Assembly: GCA_963761305.1 (NCBI GenBank)
Contig: CAVXGK010000001.1
Location: forward strand, 768,001 to 832,000
Source: an uncultured Gemmatimonadaceae bacterium
GTDB lineage: Bacteria > Gemmatimonadota > Gemmatimonadetes > Gemmatimonadales > Gemmatimonadaceae
Length of the DNA stretch: 64,000 nt
Direction of reading: 5' to 3'
Part shown: one piece after another, positions 50,003 through 59,974 of the stretch
Numbering within the stretch: the stretch's first letter is position 1
How the letters are laid out: each line of letters opens with the position of its first letter
Notes under the pieces: model-generated
What the model saw: only the letters and a program-made list of their open reading frames with translations
Databases searched by the model: none
Told to the model about the DNA's origin: nothing
Translations under genes and position numbers: made by a program

Positions 50003-51574
50003 ATGCGCAATCGCATGAAGACCGTCGGCACGCTCGGGTTTCTGATCATCGCCCTGGCCTGCAACGACAAGCAGTTCCTGACCGAACAGCCGTTCGACTT
50101 CATCGGCCCGACGAATTTTTACCGGAACTCGGGCGACGCGCTCGCCGCGATCAACGGCGTCTACGCCGATTTCATCAACAGCACGGGCGACAACTACTAC
50201 GGCCGCAATCTCGTCATGCTCGTCGAGTTCCCGACGGAGATGTACACGACGCGCCTCTCGGCGACCAATGAACGCAGCCAGCCGGACAACTACTCGATTC
50301 CCGTCAACCACTCGTACGTGCAGTCGGTGTGGCAGTCGGCGTACGACGCGATCAATCGGGCGAACTCGGTCCTCGACAACGTGCCGAAGATCGACATGGA
50401 CACGGCGCTTCGCTCGCGCATCATCGGCGAGGCGAAGTTCCTGCGCGCCACGCACTACTTCAACCTCGTCCGTCTGTTCGGCGGCGTGCCGATCAAGGTT
50501 CACGCGACGGCGGGCCTCGACAGCCTGTCGATTCCCCGCAACACGCCGCAGGAGGTCTACGCGCTGATCGAGCAGGACCTCAAGGACGCGATCGCGGCGC
50601 TCCCGTCCGCGAAGACGTACACGTCCGCGGATGTCGGACGCGCGTCGAAGGGTGCGGCCAAGACGCTGCTCGCCAAGATGTACCTGCAGCGCGCCGGGAC
50701 GGGCGTCGGAACATCGGCCGACTGGCAGAGCGCGCTCACGTATGCCGAGCAGGTTCAGTCGGACGGGGACTACTCGCTGGTGAGCGACCCCATGACGTTG
50801 TACGACTTCTTCGGTGGCACGGTGAACGAGCGCAACAGCGAGGTGATCTTCGACGTCGAATGCATTCGCGCGCCGGGACTCGGCGGCCGCATCTCGTCGC
50901 ACATGGCGGCCAACGCGACGGCGCCGTTCCTCGGCGCGTCGACGAACGGATCGTTCGAGGCGGAGAGCATCTGGTTCCACACCTTCCTCCCCAACGACAA
51001 GCGCCGCGCGGCCACGTTCGTGTTCTCGTGGAACAAGGGCGGCACGATCGTCACGTGGGACGAGACCAAGACGGCGACGCAGCCCTACGCCAGCGAGACG
51101 CCGTTCCCGCGCAAGTTTCTCGACATTCTCATGACGGGCACCGGCGCCGAGGAGCCGAACTACATCATTCTTCGTTACGCCGAGGTGCTGCTGATGATCG
51201 CCGAGGCGTCGAACGAAGTGAGCGGTGGCCCGACCGCCGAGTCATACACGGCGATCAACGCGATCCGCACGCGCGCCGGCATTCAGGCAATGACGCCGGG
51301 TCTGAGCCACGATCTCTTCCGCGACTCGGTATTCAACGAACGTCGGTGGGAGCTGTCACTCGAGGGTCCGAACGGCTACTTCGACAGCCAGCGGAACTGG
51401 GCGTGGTCGAAGGCGCGCATCGAGGCGAGCATGGCGCACGCGAAGTCGAGCACGAGCAAGTTCCCGAAGGCGAACAACGGGCCGATTCCGGACAAGTACA
51501 AGCTGATGCCGATTCCGCAGCGGGCGATCGATCTCAATCCGGCGTTGGCGGGGCACCAGAATCCTGGCTGGTAG
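50003..51574 (+). CDS. RagB/SusD family outer-membrane lipoprotein
   Basis: ALAC lipobox; EAKFLRA.HYFNLVRLFGGVP, LRYAEVLL, ERRWEL and PIP...NP....NPGW. Confidence 0.95.
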   Translation: MRNRMKTVGTLGFLIIALACNDKQFLTEQPFDFIGPTNFYRNSGDALAAINGVYADFINSTGDNYYGRNLVMLVEFPTEMYTTRLSATNERSQPDNYSIPVNHSYVQSVWQSAYDAINRANSVLDNVPKIDMDTALRSRIIGEAKFLRATHYFNLVRLFGGVPIKVHATAGLDSLSIPRNTPQEVYALIEQDLKDAIAALPSAKTYTSADVGRASKGAAKTLLAKMYLQRAGTGVGTSADWQSALTYAEQVQSDGDYSLVSDPMTLYDFFGGTVNERNSEVIFDVECIRAPGLGGRISSHMAANATAPFLGASTNGSFEAESIWFHTFLPNDKRRAATFVFSWNKGGTIVTWDETKTATQPYASETPFPRKFLDILMTGTGAEEPNYIILRYAEVLLMIAEASNEVSGGPTAESYTAINAIRTRAGIQAMTPGLSHDLFRDSVFNERRWELSLEGPNGYFDSQRNWAWSKARIEASMAHAKSSTSKFPKANNGPIPDKYKLMPIPQRAIDLNPALAGHQNPGW

Positions 51575-51605
51575 GAGCGGGCGAACTTGCAGGTGTCGAA
51601 GACAT

Positions 51606-51673
51606 GGCAAGGCAAGAGGGAAAGGAGAGGCAAGGCAAGGCAAGGCAAGGCAAGGCAAGGCAAGGCAAGGCAA
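51606..51673. repeat. GGCAA pentanucleotide microsatellite (9 perfect copies at 51629-51673 plus 2 upstream)
   Basis: Read directly from the sequence. Confidence 0.92.
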
Positions 51674-51879
51674 GAGGCGCTGGCGCGAGTTGTGATCGCC
51701 GGCGCCTCTCGCTTGAGAGGCATGGCCGTCTGGGCGCCGCTCTGCGCTCGGGGCGAGGTTGTCGCACATTATATAGCGAGTCTTCGCAGCATAAGATGCT
51801 CGACGCCGTCTGAGCTCCGGCGCCCAACCTCGTGGCTTTGGTAGGTTTCCTTGCGAGCGACGGTGATCGGGGTTCACGT

Positions 51880-51976
51880 TATCTAGCGTTCGACTTGCAG
51901 CCTTTTACGCAATATTGCTATATAAGCTCGCTGAATATCCTTACTGCATAATCTCGCTGTAGAATTGGCGTTAGGT
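51880..51976 (+). other. Putative integron attI site/cassette promoter region
   Basis: AT-rich tract ending ...ctgcataatctcgctgtagaattggc-GTTAGGT (GTTRRRY core) at the head of an attC-containing region. Confidence 0.5.
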
Positions 51977-52194
51977 GGCCACGAGCATTCTCTTAGATAC
52001 AGTGACACCACGAGTTCGGTCACGCCGGCGTAGTTGTTCCATAGTGGGGATCGCGGCGCTAGTTGGATGTGCCAGTCTCCGGCCAAGGGTGCGCGCTGCG
52101 GACTGAGAGGTGGCCTAACGAATTGAGACAGGTTAGGCGGCTGGGATAAGTGGAAGGGCGCGGGGTGAAGGGATTCGCAGTTCGGGCAGGTGGT

Positions 52195-52625
52195 TCAGAC
52201 ACTGGCCGGGGTTCGACGCGAGAGCGCGGCGTGCGGACGCCGGTGATTGAAGAACTGGAAGTACCGGGTGAGGCCGGCGCGGACGTCGGAGACGGTCTCA
52301 TAGGCGTGCAGGTAGACCTCTTCGTACTTGACGGAGCGCCACAGCCGCTCGACGAAGACGTTGTCGCGCCAGCAGCCAGTGCCGTCCATGCTGATCTGAA
52401 TCTGACGACGGCGGAGGACGTTGAGGAACTCGGCGCTCGTGAATTGCGACCCTTGATCGGTGTTGAAGATCTCGGGGCACCCGAAGCGGTCGAGGGCGTC
52501 CTCGAGGGCCGCGACGCAGAAATCGCTCGTGAGGGTCGGGGAGACGCGCCAGGTGAGGACTCGCCGGCTCGCCCAGTCCATCACCACGACGAGGTAGACG
52601 AAACCGCGGGCCATCGGGAGGTACG
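52195..52625 (-). CDS. IS3 OrfB transposase, 3' exon
   Basis: YLPMARGFVYLVVVMDWASR, NTDQGSQFTS and DNVFVERLWRSVKYE. Confidence 0.88.
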
Positions 52626-54483
52626 GGTGAGTAGGCCGGGGCATTGCAGCCCCAGCCCCTCGCAGAACCGGACGTGAGCCTCTCGACTCATCCGGCTCCC
52701 ATCATCGAGCCGCAGGGACGAATCCCTTTTCCCAATGCACAAACGCCATCGGCTCGCGTTCCGCAACTCGGCCAAGGGCACGGGCCGCACGGGTCACCCC
52801 GCGGGCAAGGCGCTTGTACTTTCGCTGCATCCAGCGCACCAGATAGTCGTTCACGTGTCGCCACAATGGCTTCATCGCCGACGGGTAGAACCGACCGTAG
52901 TAGTTCGACCAGCCACGCAGCACTGGCCCAAACATGTTTGAGAGATCGCTCAGCCCTTTGTCGTTCATGAGCTGGAGATGCCATCCTCGCACCGTCTGTC
53001 GCATCGCCGTCAAGGCGTCACGACTGACGCCCGGAGAAAAGTTCACATAGACCCGGCCATACTTATCGACCGCTTTGCGCGGACGAAATGTGTAGCCGAG
53101 AAACGTGAACTGGACCGTCGGATACGCGCCCTGCCGATTGATGTCCTGACAGTACACGATCCGCGTCTTCCCCGGGTGCAGCTCGAGTCCGCACTCCCTG
53201 AGCCGTGTTTCGAGTTTCCTCAACACCAGCTGCGCCTGCGCTTCGCTTTTACAATGAATAACGGCGTCATCCGCATAGCGGCAGAACCTGACGCTCGGCA
53301 GCTTTCGTCGCATCCACGCGTCCAACGCGTAGTGCAGGAAGAGATTGGCGAGCAACGGACTAACGACGCCCCCTTGTGGGGTGCCCCGCTCACGCGCCAC
53401 TCGTGCTCCGTCCGCAGTTTCCATGGGCGCCTTCAACCAGCGGTCTACATACAGCAGCACCCATGGCGTGGTGCAGTGTTTTCGGAGTGCTCGCAACAGC
53501 AACTCGTGATCAATGTTGTCGAACAAGCCTTTGATGTCGAACTCGACAACCCAGTCATAGTCCCAGCTTCGCCGCCGCACCAACGCGACTGCATCCAACG
53601 CAGAACGCCCTGGCCGATAGCCAAATGAGTCGCGGTCGAATACGGGCTCGAGCACGGGCTCGAGGACCAGCTTGACCACCGTTTGTGCCACTCGATCGGC
53701 AACAGTGGGCACGCCCAAGATCCGGACGCCCCCACTCTTCTTTGGGATCGGGACGGCTTTGACCGGCGGCGGGAAATAGCTTCCCGACGCCATCCGATTC
53801 CAGAGCTTGTACAAATTGTCGCCGAGATGTTCTTCAAACGCTGCGATCGACTGCTGATCTACCCCAGCGCTTCCCCCATTTGCTTTGACGCGCTGGAAGG
53901 CATGCCACACCAGCGCTTTGGGAACCGCACACGACTTCGTCATGCGATCACACTCCTCCTGCTCGCGCAGTTGGTCTGACCGTCTGACCCGATAACGCGA
54001 CCCCTTCGCTCCATCGCCATTGCAGCGACTTCACCGCTACTACGAGTCGCTCCGCCCCTTGATCGCACATTGGTACTATCGGCCTCGCGTTTGGCGCTTG
54101 TGCCTTTCCCGTGGCGTCGTCATCGACCCCGCGCGATCGAAGGTTCCCGCAGTTCACCGTAGGAGCCCGAACCAACCTGGCGCTGCCTCTATGCCGGACG
54201 CCGCATGGCCAGTCAGCAGGCTCCCGCCATGCTTGTCCCGGGTTAACATCAACGCCCGGTTTCGACGTCGTCTTGAGCACTTTCGACAATTGAACGGCAG
54301 TTCACGTGTGTTCGCCTTGTTGATTCACACCTGATGCCTTCCGGCACCTTTTCCGAAACGTTCACGACCGGGGTTTTTGACCCGAGCCGCTTCCGGTGGT
54401 TTGCAACCCGCTCCTGCAAGCCGATTGCGAGAGGCCATGAGTTATGTCATCTCTCATCTCCTACGCCGCTTGCTGCGGCACAC
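52626..54483 (-). mobile_element. Group II intron, bacterial class D (RmInt1-like), 1858 nt
   Basis: 5' end GTGTG. Domain V GAGCCGGATGAGTCGAGAGGCTCACGTCCGGTTC. Domain VI ends CTACTCACC. Removal restores WAADI-T-YLP. Confidence 0.92.
52702..53943 (-). CDS. ltrA: Group II intron reverse transcriptase/maturase lacking an endonuclease domain
   Basis: AGVD, NLYKLWNRM.SGSYFPPPV, GTPQGG, YADD, FLGY and domain X GWSNYY; AGGAGG RBS. Confidence 0.95.
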   Translation of the reverse strand: MTKSCAVPKALVWHAFQRVKANGGSAGVDQQSIAAFEEHLGDNLYKLWNRMASGSYFPPPVKAVPIPKKSGGVRILGVPTVADRVAQTVVKLVLEPVLEPVFDRDSFGYRPGRSALDAVALVRRRSWDYDWVVEFDIKGLFDNIDHELLLRALRKHCTTPWVLLYVDRWLKAPMETADGARVARERGTPQGGVVSPLLANLFLHYALDAWMRRKLPSVRFCRYADDAVIHCKSEAQAQLVLRKLETRLRECGLELHPGKTRIVYCQDINRQGAYPTVQFTFLGYTFRPRKAVDKYGRVYVNFSPGVSRDALTAMRQTVRGWHLQLMNDKGLSDLSNMFGPVLRGWSNYYGRFYPSAMKPLWRHVNDYLVRWMQRKYKRLARGVTRAARALGRVAEREPMAFVHWEKGFVPAAR

Positions 54484-54847
54484 TGATGTCCGCCGCCCAG
54501 ACGTGATTCGGCCGCGTGATCGTGAGCCGTCGGAGCAGATAGGGAAAGACGGGGTGGGCCCGATGGCGTCGCGTCGTCTTCGGCCGCTGGTAGATCGCCG
54601 TGATCCCCATCCGCCGCATGAGGGTTCTCGTATGCTCGCGCCCGATCGCCACCCCCTCGGCCTGCAACAGATCACGCAGCATCCGACTCCCCGTGAAGGG
54701 CAGCTCGAGATGCAGCGCGTCGATCCGCCGCATGAGCGCGAGCTCGGCGTCGCTCACCGGCCGGGCGGCGTAGTAGACCGACGCTCGCGAGAGCCCCACG
54801 AGGCGCGCTTGGCGCGTGACCGAGAGCCGGTGGGTCCGGTCGATCAT
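54484..54847 (-). CDS. IS3 OrfB transposase, 5' exon
   Basis: MIDRTHRLSVTRQARLVGLSRAS...GSRML...RPNHVWAADI; ATG overlaps the orfA stop. Confidence 0.87.
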
Positions 54848-55146
54848 CGCTTTCCGGTCGGACCGGGGCCGCGTCCGAGCGCGTTGGCCAAAAAATCCAG
54901 TTCCAGCGCTTGTTGGCCGATCTTCGCGTGCAGCGCCTTCACGTCGATCGCCGGCTCGCGCCGCTCGCCGTCGGCGCCGAAGGCGTCGGCCGCATGCGCC
55001 ACCAGCTGGCGGCGCCATTCCGTGATCTGGTTCGGGTGGACGTCGAAGCGCTGGGCGAGCTCGGCGAGCGTCGCGTTGCCTTCGAGCGCGGCCAAGGCCA
55101 CTTTCGCCTTGAACGCCGGTGAGTGATTTCGGCGGGGTCGTCGCAT
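54844..55146 (-). CDS. IS3 OrfA (HTH) transposase subunit
   Basis: RRNHSPAFKAKVALAAL, LAQRFDVHPNQI..W and LHAKIGQ motifs. Confidence 0.9.
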   Translation of the reverse strand: MRRPRRNHSPAFKAKVALAALEGNATLAELAQRFDVHPNQITEWRRQLVAHAADAFGADGERREPAIDVKALHAKIGQQALELDFLANALGRGPGPTGKR

Positions 55147-55237
55147 CGGGAAACAGCCTCCTGGTCGGCGAGAGTATCGCCTCGTGGAGCGCCGGTTTCC
55201 ACCTATCCCACCTGTCCTAATTCTTCAGGCCACCTCT

Positions 55238-56520
55238 GGGTAACAAAAGTGTCCGGGAGGATGGGTAACACTTTGGTTAGCCACGAATGATGTAATCGCG
55301 TTCGTCGAAGGTGGCCAGCAACACGTTGTTGAAATGGATCGCCCCGATTTCGTCGTCGGTCTCTTCGAGGCCGATGTGTTGGTCGACCATCGCATTGGCG
55401 AGATACAGCAGCCGGGTGCGGAAGCGAAACGTTCCTCCGGTCGTGATCTTCTTCACGAGAAGGTGCCCGGGGTAGACGAGCGCAGGCAATCGCTCTGGAA
55501 ACGGCCGCGCGGAGACGTGGTACTGCGAGGCCGGCGTCGGCTGCTGCAACCGCTCATGCGGCCGCTCGTCGTTGTACTCGAGGCGGAACGCATCGAAGTT
55601 CCGCTGCTGCGCCGCGCAGCTCGCGCGCACCGGCTTGATCGCCTCCCGCTTCAGCGTCCGATCCATCCGCTCGTGGGCGCCGTTGTCTTGCGGGCAACCC
55701 GGGCGACTCCGCTGATGGAGAATGCCGAGGCGCATCCACCAGACGTTGAGGTAGGATAGGCCATGAATCGCCTGCGTCGCGAAGGGCACGCCATTGTCGG
55801 TGCGGATCGCGAGCGGCAGCCCATACTCGCGAAACGCTCGCTCGAAGATCGGCTTGGCCGTGACCGTCTGCGGCGAGAGGACCCCGCGGCAGACCAGCAG
55901 GTACCGCGTGTGCTGATCGGCAAGCGTGAGCGGGTAGCAGTACTTCCCATCGCTCGTGCGGAACTGGCCTTTGAAATCCGCGGTCCACAAGTCATTCGGG
56001 GGCACGGTCACGGGACGCACGACGCCCGGGTGGATCGGCGCGCGGCGCGCGCGTCGCCGGTGCACGAGGCCCCGCCGCGCCAGGAGATCGGCGACGGTGC
56101 TCGCGGCCGGCCAACTCGCGATCCGCGGATGATGGCGGGTGAGCACCGCGAGCAGCTTGCGGGCGCCCCAGTGCGGATGCGCGATCCGCTCGGCGATGAG
56201 CAACTCCGCCATCGCCGACTGAATCTTGTGCGGACAGTGGTGCGCGACATGGCTCCGATCGGCCAAGCCGCTACGGCCCTCCGCCTCATAGCGCGCGAGT
56301 CACTTGTAGCCGATCCGCCGACTCACGCCGTACCGCGCACAGAGCTCACTCATCGTGAGACGATCGCGCTGGGCATCGCGCACGAACTGCAACCGTTCGT
56401 CCATAGGTCCACTCTCCCGCCATGGCATCGACGCCCTCGCTGTTTCGAGAATCGTCGTGCAGGTTAGAGTGTTACCCATCCTCCCGGACTATTCTGTTAT
56501 CCATCAACCCGGGCTGTACC
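55238..56520 (-). mobile_element. IS481-family element; one end truncated by the IS3, the other abutting an attC site
   Basis: IR core GTCCGGGAGGATGGGTAACACT occurs at both ends. The outer part of the IR is missing at 55238. Confidence 0.8.
55277..56428 (-). pseudogene. IS481-family transposase with in-frame TGA at codon 43
   Basis: MPWRE...VSRRIGYK*LARY, where W is expected at the stop (56300-56302). WTADFKG, TDNG and NGAHER motifs follow. Confidence 0.85.
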
Positions 56521-56527
56521 GCCCGCG

Positions 56528-56620
56528 GTCTAACGCGCGGTGCAGCAGACGGGCGATTTATTGATGGCTCGCTTTCGCTCGCTCTATTGACTCGCCAGCA
56601 GCTGAACTGGAGCGTTAGCT
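56528..56620 (+). other. Integron attC site (93 bp)
   Basis: R'' GTCTAAC, L'' TGCAGC, L' GCTGAA and R' GTTAGCT. CTAACGC pairs with GCGTTAG and GGCGA with TCGCC. Confidence 0.8.
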
Positions 56621-56638
56621 AGCAACAGCTTCATACTC

Positions 56639-56962
56639 ATGGATGGCATCCAGCTGCGCCGACGCGGCGTCGAACTCCTCTCGTCCGTTCTTGGTCCGTA
56701 CTGCTTCGACTATCAGGCCGGCGACGTCGATCGCGGCAGCGGCGGACTCTATGCCCATGGCGGCTCGGACGAGCGAACCGTTCGCAGGAATTCAGCGTGC
56801 GCGATGCGCTCGGAGAGGTCGGAGTTTGCAGCGCTTGTCACGAAGCGCCGAGCGTACCCGTCCGCCGCGCGGGTTTGCCGCGCTCTCCCCTGGCCATCAC
56901 CCTGCTCGGCTGGGCCTGGGCGCACCTCCAGGACGCGACCGGCGCGGAACACTGCGCCGTGA
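56639..56962 (+). pseudogene. Probable degraded gene-cassette ORF
   Basis: The ATG lies 18 bp after the attC R'. The N-terminus looks protein-like; the rest appears scrambled. Confidence 0.35.
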
Positions 56963-57062
56963 GCGTGGGACCCGTCGATCGAATGTTCGCGACTCCGCCC
57001 GATAGCCCCGGCCAGTGTGAGCCGGGACTATCGGACGACCGACCGCGAGATCCACGTCTCTG

Positions 57063-57578
57063 TTACTGGCCCGAGCTCTCACCCAGGGCGACGAGAAGCT
57101 CGTCCAGCTGATCGAACGTCTCGACCATTGCATCGGCCGCTCCGGTGCCGGCAGCGTCGAGCGCTTCCTTCGAAGGATAGCTCTCGCGCAGAACTACCAG
57201 CGTCTTGCCGCCCTTTTCCTCGAAGGTCACCGTGGTGACAGAGCCGCCCTCGCCACCTTCGTCATTGGTCCACGCGAGGCGCGAATACGGCTTCACTTCG
57301 ACGTACGTGCCGAAAAACGCGGCAGGCTCGGGGCTGTGGTCGAATACCAATCGGTACTTGCCTCCGACACGAGCATCCACGTCGCAGGACAGCAGGGTCA
57401 TTCCCGTCGACTGGGGCACCCACCAACGCTTGAGCAGCTCGGCCTTGGTAAATGCCTCGAACACGATGCGCGCCGGGCCGTTGATGGTCCGCGTGACAAC
57501 CACCTCGCGGTCCGACTTCCGTTCCACCGTGGTGCGGTTCTTCACGGGGCCGGGCTTACTTTCGATTCTTGCGTTCAT
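57063..57578 (-). CDS. SRPBCC/AHSA1 (START-like) domain protein
   Basis: EVVVTRTINGPARIVFEAFT..LLKRWW, DARVGGKY and TVTFEE motifs. Confidence 0.9.
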   Translation of the reverse strand: MNARIESKPGPVKNRTTVERKSDREVVVTRTINGPARIVFEAFTKAELLKRWWVPQSTGMTLLSCDVDARVGGKYRLVFDHSPEPAAFFGTYVEVKPYSRLAWTNDEGGEGGSVTTVTFEEKGGKTLVVLRESYPSKEALDAAGTGAADAMVETFDQLDELLVALGESSGQ

Positions 57579-57921
57579 CGCTCTTCTCCTTTTGTGTTAG
57601 TTCCTCGACAACCTTGTCCAACTCGTCGAAGCGTTCGTCCCAGCGCTGGCGGTACCTCTCGAGCCACACCGTCTCGTCCTCCAATCGGCGCCGGCCCAGC
57701 TGGCACGTCCGCACGCGCCCGATCTTCTTCGTGGTGACGAGCCCGGCCTGCTCCAGAACGCCGACGTGCTTCTTCATGCCCGTGAGCGTCATGTGGAACG
57801 TCTCGGCCAGGTCCGTGATCGAAGCGTCGGCTCGTCCGAGCTGCTCCAGAACGCCACGCCGCGTGGCGTCTGAGAGCGCGGCGAACGAAGTATCAAGTCG
57901 GGTCGACATATACTGAACCAT
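57556..57921 (-). CDS. ArsR/SmtB family transcriptional regulator
   Basis: FAALSDATRRGVL, KHVGVLEQAGLV and GRVR motifs; typical partner of an SRPBCC gene. Confidence 0.9.
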   Translation of the reverse strand: MVQYMSTRLDTSFAALSDATRRGVLEQLGRADASITDLAETFHMTLTGMKKHVGVLEQAGLVTTKKIGRVRTCQLGRRRLEDETVWLERYRQRWDERFDELDKVVEELTQKEKSDERKNRK

Positions 57922-57978
57922 ATGGTTCAGTATTTAACGCAAGCGTTCGCGCATGGCAAGGGGTGGCCGCGAAAAACG

Positions 57979-58150
57979 ATGCGTCTTACGACCTCAGCAG
58001 AGCGCGCGCATCCGTCACCGCTCAGACCACCATCGCTGCCTCTACTGCGACGACATCCCTGCCGAACGGCCGCATCGTGACGGCCCTCTTTGCCGGCGCC
58101 CTGTTTCTCAGTGCGTTCCTGCTTTTCGTGCTCGAGCCGATGGTGGCGCG
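57979..58150 (+). pseudogene. N-terminal fragment resembling fused MFS/spermidine synthase
   Basis: LFAGALFLSAFLLFVLEPMVAR, followed by loss of similarity. Confidence 0.4.
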
Positions 58151-58487
58151 GACTGGCGACGGCTGCGCCGGCGCTTCTATTTCATTCGGTCGTAGGTTGA
58201 CTCGGGCGTTAGATGGCTACGACCCATGATTATGAGTCTATAAAAGCATCATGGCTCTTGTTCGCAACGCTGCGCTCCTCTTGTTGCTCGGCGGTTGCTC
58301 ACGCCGCGGAGATTTGGGACCAGTCCATCTTACTCAACCAGCGTCGGCGGGATCACCCGATTAGTGCGTCGACGCTCGCTGCCAGTCGTTGGCCGCGACG
58401 AGCGCCTCCGGTGGGATTTGATTCGCCCGCAGGTGAGCTCGGGCGCTCGGCCGCTACACGCCGGATACCACGCTTCTGGAGGCCCAC

Positions 58488-59371
58488 GTGATCGCACCCA
58501 GGTCGCTCCAATCAGCCATCGTCGCGGGAACCTTCATCCACGGACTCGCGGCGACGCTTCCGGCGCAAGCCGGTCACTTCAATGCCGAGCTACTTCCGGC
58601 AGTCCGCCGCGCCGCTTCGATGGTTCCTGGCGCCGCGCCTACATCCGTGCATTACATGGTACTCAACCCGGGGAAGGCGCCGCTGAGTGCCTTCGTCGAC
58701 GGAGGTGATCGCAACGCCGTCCCCGTCGGGTTTACGGTCTTTCAGATCCGCTTTCCACAAGGCTGGCTCACCGTCGACGCGGCACTCGATCGAAGCTTCG
58801 TGCCGGATAGCAAGTCCTTCGACGACGAGACATATCGAAGCATCCACGAGGCCCTTCGCGGAGCAAGGCTCTCGGTCGTCACGCATGAGCACCACGACCA
58901 CGTCGCCGGCGTCCTGATTTCCCCCGCGCTCGACCAGGTGCGGTCGCATACACTTCTGACTCGGACGCAAGTACAGTCACTGATGATCCGGCCGAACGAT
59001 CCGCGCATCAAGATCGACTCGATCATCGCTGCACGGTACCTCGTTGTCGACTACGACCCGATCCTGCCGATCGCTCCAGGTGTCGTGCTGATCAAAGCTC
59101 CGGGCACACCGCCGGGTCGCAGATGGTGTACGTTCGACTGGCATCGGGAGCCGAGATCATCATGGCCGGGGACGTCGCGTGGAACATGCGCGGCATCGAC
59201 TCTCTCGCCCAAAAACCTGACGCCGCCACGAGCAGTTTCGGTGGTGAGGACAGAGAGTGCGATGCTGCAGATCCGGGGATGAGCGTCTTGGTCTCGCACG
59301 ATCTCGAGCGCCTCGAGGCGCTTGTCGCTCGAGGAAGGCTCCAGGTCGGCTTTGACCTCACCAACCCCTGA
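58488..59371 (+). pseudogene. MBL-fold metallo-hydrolase, frameshifted near 59105-59120
   Basis: THEHHDH motif. The expected APGHTPGSQ is split across frames; MVYVRL..AGD lies in the second frame. Confidence 0.75.
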
Positions 59372-59398
59372 TCAACTGACCCTGGAGAATGGAGCCCG

Positions 59399-59767
59399 TT
59401 GGTGAGCATCAGACGAGTCGTGCCGGACATCAAGTCCCAGAATCTCGCCGAAAGCCGTGCGTTCTACGTTGATTTCCTGGGTTTCGAACTGGCGATGGAC
59501 ATGGGGTTTGTCATGACGTTCGTATCGCCGAGCAATCCGACAGCCCAGATCAGCGTCGTGCGGGATGACGGTGGTTCATCGCTGCTGCCGGATGTGAGCG
59601 TCGAGGTCGCAGACGTCGATCACGTGCACAAGCGTGCCCTTGAACGCGGCCTCGACATCGTCTATCCGCTCACTGACGAGCCATGGGGCGTCCGTCGCTT
59701 CTTCGTCGTCGATCCGAATGGAACCATTCTTAACGTTTTGAGTCATCTGCCGGCTCGAGCGAAATGA
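59399..59767 (+). CDS. VOC/glyoxalase family protein
   Basis: AFYVDFLGF, SVEVADVD and EPWGVRRFFVVDPNG motifs. Confidence 0.9.
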   Translation: MVSIRRVVPDIKSQNLAESRAFYVDFLGFELAMDMGFVMTFVSPSNPTAQISVVRDDGGSSLLPDVSVEVADVDHVHKRALERGLDIVYPLTDEPWGVRRFFVVDPNGTILNVLSHLPARAK

Positions 59768-59974
59768 TGACCCGGTGGCAGCTTACTCTGCGCGCATACC
59801 TTCGTCGCGACTCTCGACAGGGCGCCGCAACGCCTCTCGATCGAACGGGCTAAACGAACGCTGAAGCCGACACGGAGCTATTGATCGTGCGTGATGGGTT
59901 CGGTTGCCGACCCGCGCCGCACGTAACATCATCTACCGGCTGGCTTCCGCGTCCTACAACAGATCGAGGGTCCC

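Larger units (their letters stand above)
52106..55237 (-). mobile_element. IS3-family insertion sequence interrupted by a group II intron
   Basis: Terminal IRs AGAGGTGGCCTAACGAATTGAGACAGGT and AGAGGTGGCCTGAAGAATTAGGACAGGT enclose orfA and orfB. No target duplication is visible. Confidence 0.88.

Noticed and set aside
51575..51880. Integron integrase remnant
   Set aside because: No tyrosine-recombinase motifs in any frame. The ORFs here are translations of the GGCAA repeat.
28583..53943. Diversity-generating retroelement or retron (Avd-like gene plus RT)
   Set aside because: The RT has group II intron motifs (YADD, domain X) within a complete intron RNA and lies ~24 kb from the four-helix-bundle gene. 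No TR/VR pair was seen.
56300..56302. TGA recoded as Trp in the IS481 transposase
   Set aside because: TGA terminates many intact genes in this window, so a nonsense mutation is the simpler explanation.
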